Shown in pieces: positions 62,384 through 64,000 of a stretch of 64,000 nt of DNA. This DNA is from a bacterium (GTDB lineage: Bacteria; Hinthialibacterota; Hinthialibacteria; Hinthialibacterales; Hinthialibacteraceae). The notes below the pieces were generated by a model, which searched no databases, was not told where the DNA came from, and worked only from the letters and a program-made list of their open reading frames with translations. The stretch covers positions 896,001 through 960,000 of the forward strand of contig CAXXMV010000001.1 of assembly GCA_963662285.2 (NCBI GenBank), written 5' to 3'. The position numbers were made by a program, and so were the translations under genes. Each line of letters starts with the position of its first letter. The stretch's first letter is position 1.

Positions 62384-64000
62384 TTATGTTTTTTTACTTA
62401 TAAAAAAAATACTTAAAATTATCAAAATGCTAATTACCGTAATAATAACACCAATAGTAAAACCAGTTAAAGGCTGCATCGCAAATGGCGTTATCGAAAG
62501 CGAAATATGATGTTTTCCACTCGACGCCTTAACTGCTAAAAAGGTATCTTTATATTTTTCGATAGAAACATCCTGCTGGGTTTCTTCAAGCCTCCATCCC
62601 TTATAATAATTCTGGGGGATTATAATACTGTTAGCAATTGGAGTATTAATGCTAAAATTGATATATGAAGGCTCCATTACGAGAACATCAATCTTTGATT
62701 CTTTTTCTCGTTCCGCGAAATAAATCGGTTGCCCGATACTATTAACGCAATATACCTTTAATCCTGAATTCGCATTGCACCATATTTCATCAAACGGTTT
62801 TGATAACGATTGAGTGGTAAGAACTAAACTAACGTTCATGGTGCACAAATCTTCCTGCGCAGGAACAGAAGGGAATAACAAAAGACCGCCTTGCGGCGCA
62901 TCAGGGTCTTTACCATAGATTCGATTTACATAACCCGCATAAGAACGAAGAATTAATGGATCATAACCTCGAACCGTCATTATTCCATAATGCATCAATC
63001 GATTGGGACGCAACTCAGGATGAGTGTTTATCGCAGGATACCCAATCGCATCATCTAAACAGAGAATCCTTCCCCCATTAGCATGATTCTTTAATACCTG
63101 CACTAGTTCGGTTTCAGGAAAAAAAGTCTCACGCCATTGATCAGCGGGAAGCGTTTTAACAAAACGCGCTGAAAAGAAAAGCAGATCAAACACCAAAATC
63201 GACGCTGGAACAATCCAGATATGACGTTTTCTCATACGTAGAACAGCAAAAAGGCTGATCCAACCAGCCGCCGCCCACGCACATGCTTGCAAACAGGAGT
63301 TCAGCATCCATGCATAACGCGTTTCAAAGAGGATGTTAGGGAGTCTCTGGCCGATTGCCGCCCGATTGGTAAACCACAATTGATATTCTGCAATGGTACG
63401 ATCTATCTCGAATTCTCTCAATAAATTAAGCAAAGCGGGTTTTGATCCCGATAAAATAATAGTCAAGACCAATAACAATACCGAAGCGATCACTCCGGTT
63501 TTCAACTGCCATGAATTGATTGTGACGGAAAAATCATTGCGGCGCCAACACATCATACCCCGTGCTGATAATACCGATACGCCAATAATGAACATCAAGA
63601 GCAACCTGCCGGGAACCCTGAAATAACTCCAACCGGGAAGTCCATAATATAAAAGCGGGTAGAGTGGATTGTATTCCCCCATGGCAAAGAGAATCCCGAA
63701 TATTGTAACAAAAAGAAAGAACCAGGCATCCCACCTCCTAAACTGCTCCAAATTATCCCGTTTTTTCTCTGATATAGGTATAAAAGCCAATAAAAGCAAT
63801 ATTAAAGGCAACACTCCACAATATCCACTGATTTCGTGATACCCGGTTTTAGTCTCCCAAAAACGGCCTTCGCGCGCTTCGCTGGTTGGATCGCCATAAA
63901 AAAAGGGAATGGCCAGAGTAATAATATGCTGTGGAGGCATCGAATCGCTGGTGGCGAATTGGTAATCCGCCCCTCCTGCGCGACTGGCTGTTTCAGAAGA
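62384..64000 (-). CDS. YfhO-like (GT-C fold) membrane protein, 5' end outside the window
   Basis: Many TM helices; YFRVPGR, RGYDPL, YYKGW and GKHHI C-terminal pattern; frame open to the window edge. Confidence 0.8.
   Translation of the reverse strand, partial: SSETASRAGGADYQFATSDSMPPQHIITLAIPFFYGDPTSEAREGRFWETKTGYHEISGYCGVLPLILLLLAFIPISEKKRDNLEQFRRWDAWFFLFVTIFGILFAMGEYNPLYPLLYYGLPGWSYFRVPGRLLLMFIIGVSVLSARGMMCWRRNDFSVTINSWQLKTGVIASVLLLVLTIILSGSKPALLNLLREFEIDRTIAEYQLWFTNRAAIGQRLPNILFETRYAWMLNSCLQACAWAAAGWISLFAVLRMRKRHIWIVPASILVFDLLFFSARFVKTLPADQWRETFFPETELVQVLKNHANGGRILCLDDAIGYPAINTHPELRPNRLMHYGIMTVRGYDPLILRSYAGYVNRIYGKDPDAPQGGLLLFPSVPAQEDLCTMNVSLVLTTQSLSKPFDEIWCNANSGLKVYCVNSIGQPIYFAEREKESKIDVLVMEPSYINFSINTPIANSIIIPQNYYKGWRLEETQQDVSIEKYKDTFLAVKASSGKHHISLSITPFAMQPLTGFTIGVIITVISILIILSIFFISKKT

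Overview
A 64-kb chromosomal window from a diderm (LPS-making) bacterium using the standard code. The pseudopilin, WD40, FG-GAP and DNRLRE-type secreted proteins suggest, by inference only, a Hinthialibacterota/OLB16-like candidate phylum. Most of it is housekeeping or metabolic: waaA-lpxK, nadE, gyrB, dxr, a TetR-MFP-RND pump, a xylA-like isomerase, ROK/GmhA, aminotransferases, bcp, moeB-like, a sialidase and a truncated YfhO-like gene. It contains two complete IS elements with visible terminal inverted repeats and 5-bp target duplications (1329-3657, with a -1 frameshift signal; IS1634-family 17333-19295, which splits a membrane-protein gene). There is also a RelE-type toxin-antitoxin pair, a GTAG-type REP tandem array (43498-43785) and a decaying accessory island (~13.1-20.3 kb) carrying a toxin/partner-like secreted metallopeptidase pseudogene and a WD40 pseudogene. 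The most striking unannotated signals are: (i) a dispersed ~114-bp MITE-like element whose central hairpin shows compensatory substitutions and whose termini supply TAG stop codons to host genes; (ii) an orphan basic 553-aa protein with mTERF-like helical repeats behind a consensus sigma70 promoter; (iii) the modular secreted-protein island with a repeated 47-bp hairpin after its genes; (iv) possible lineage-specific C-terminal tails and domains on secreted proteins. No rRNA, tRNA or CRISPR array was seen. All protein family calls come from motif recognition, not database searches.
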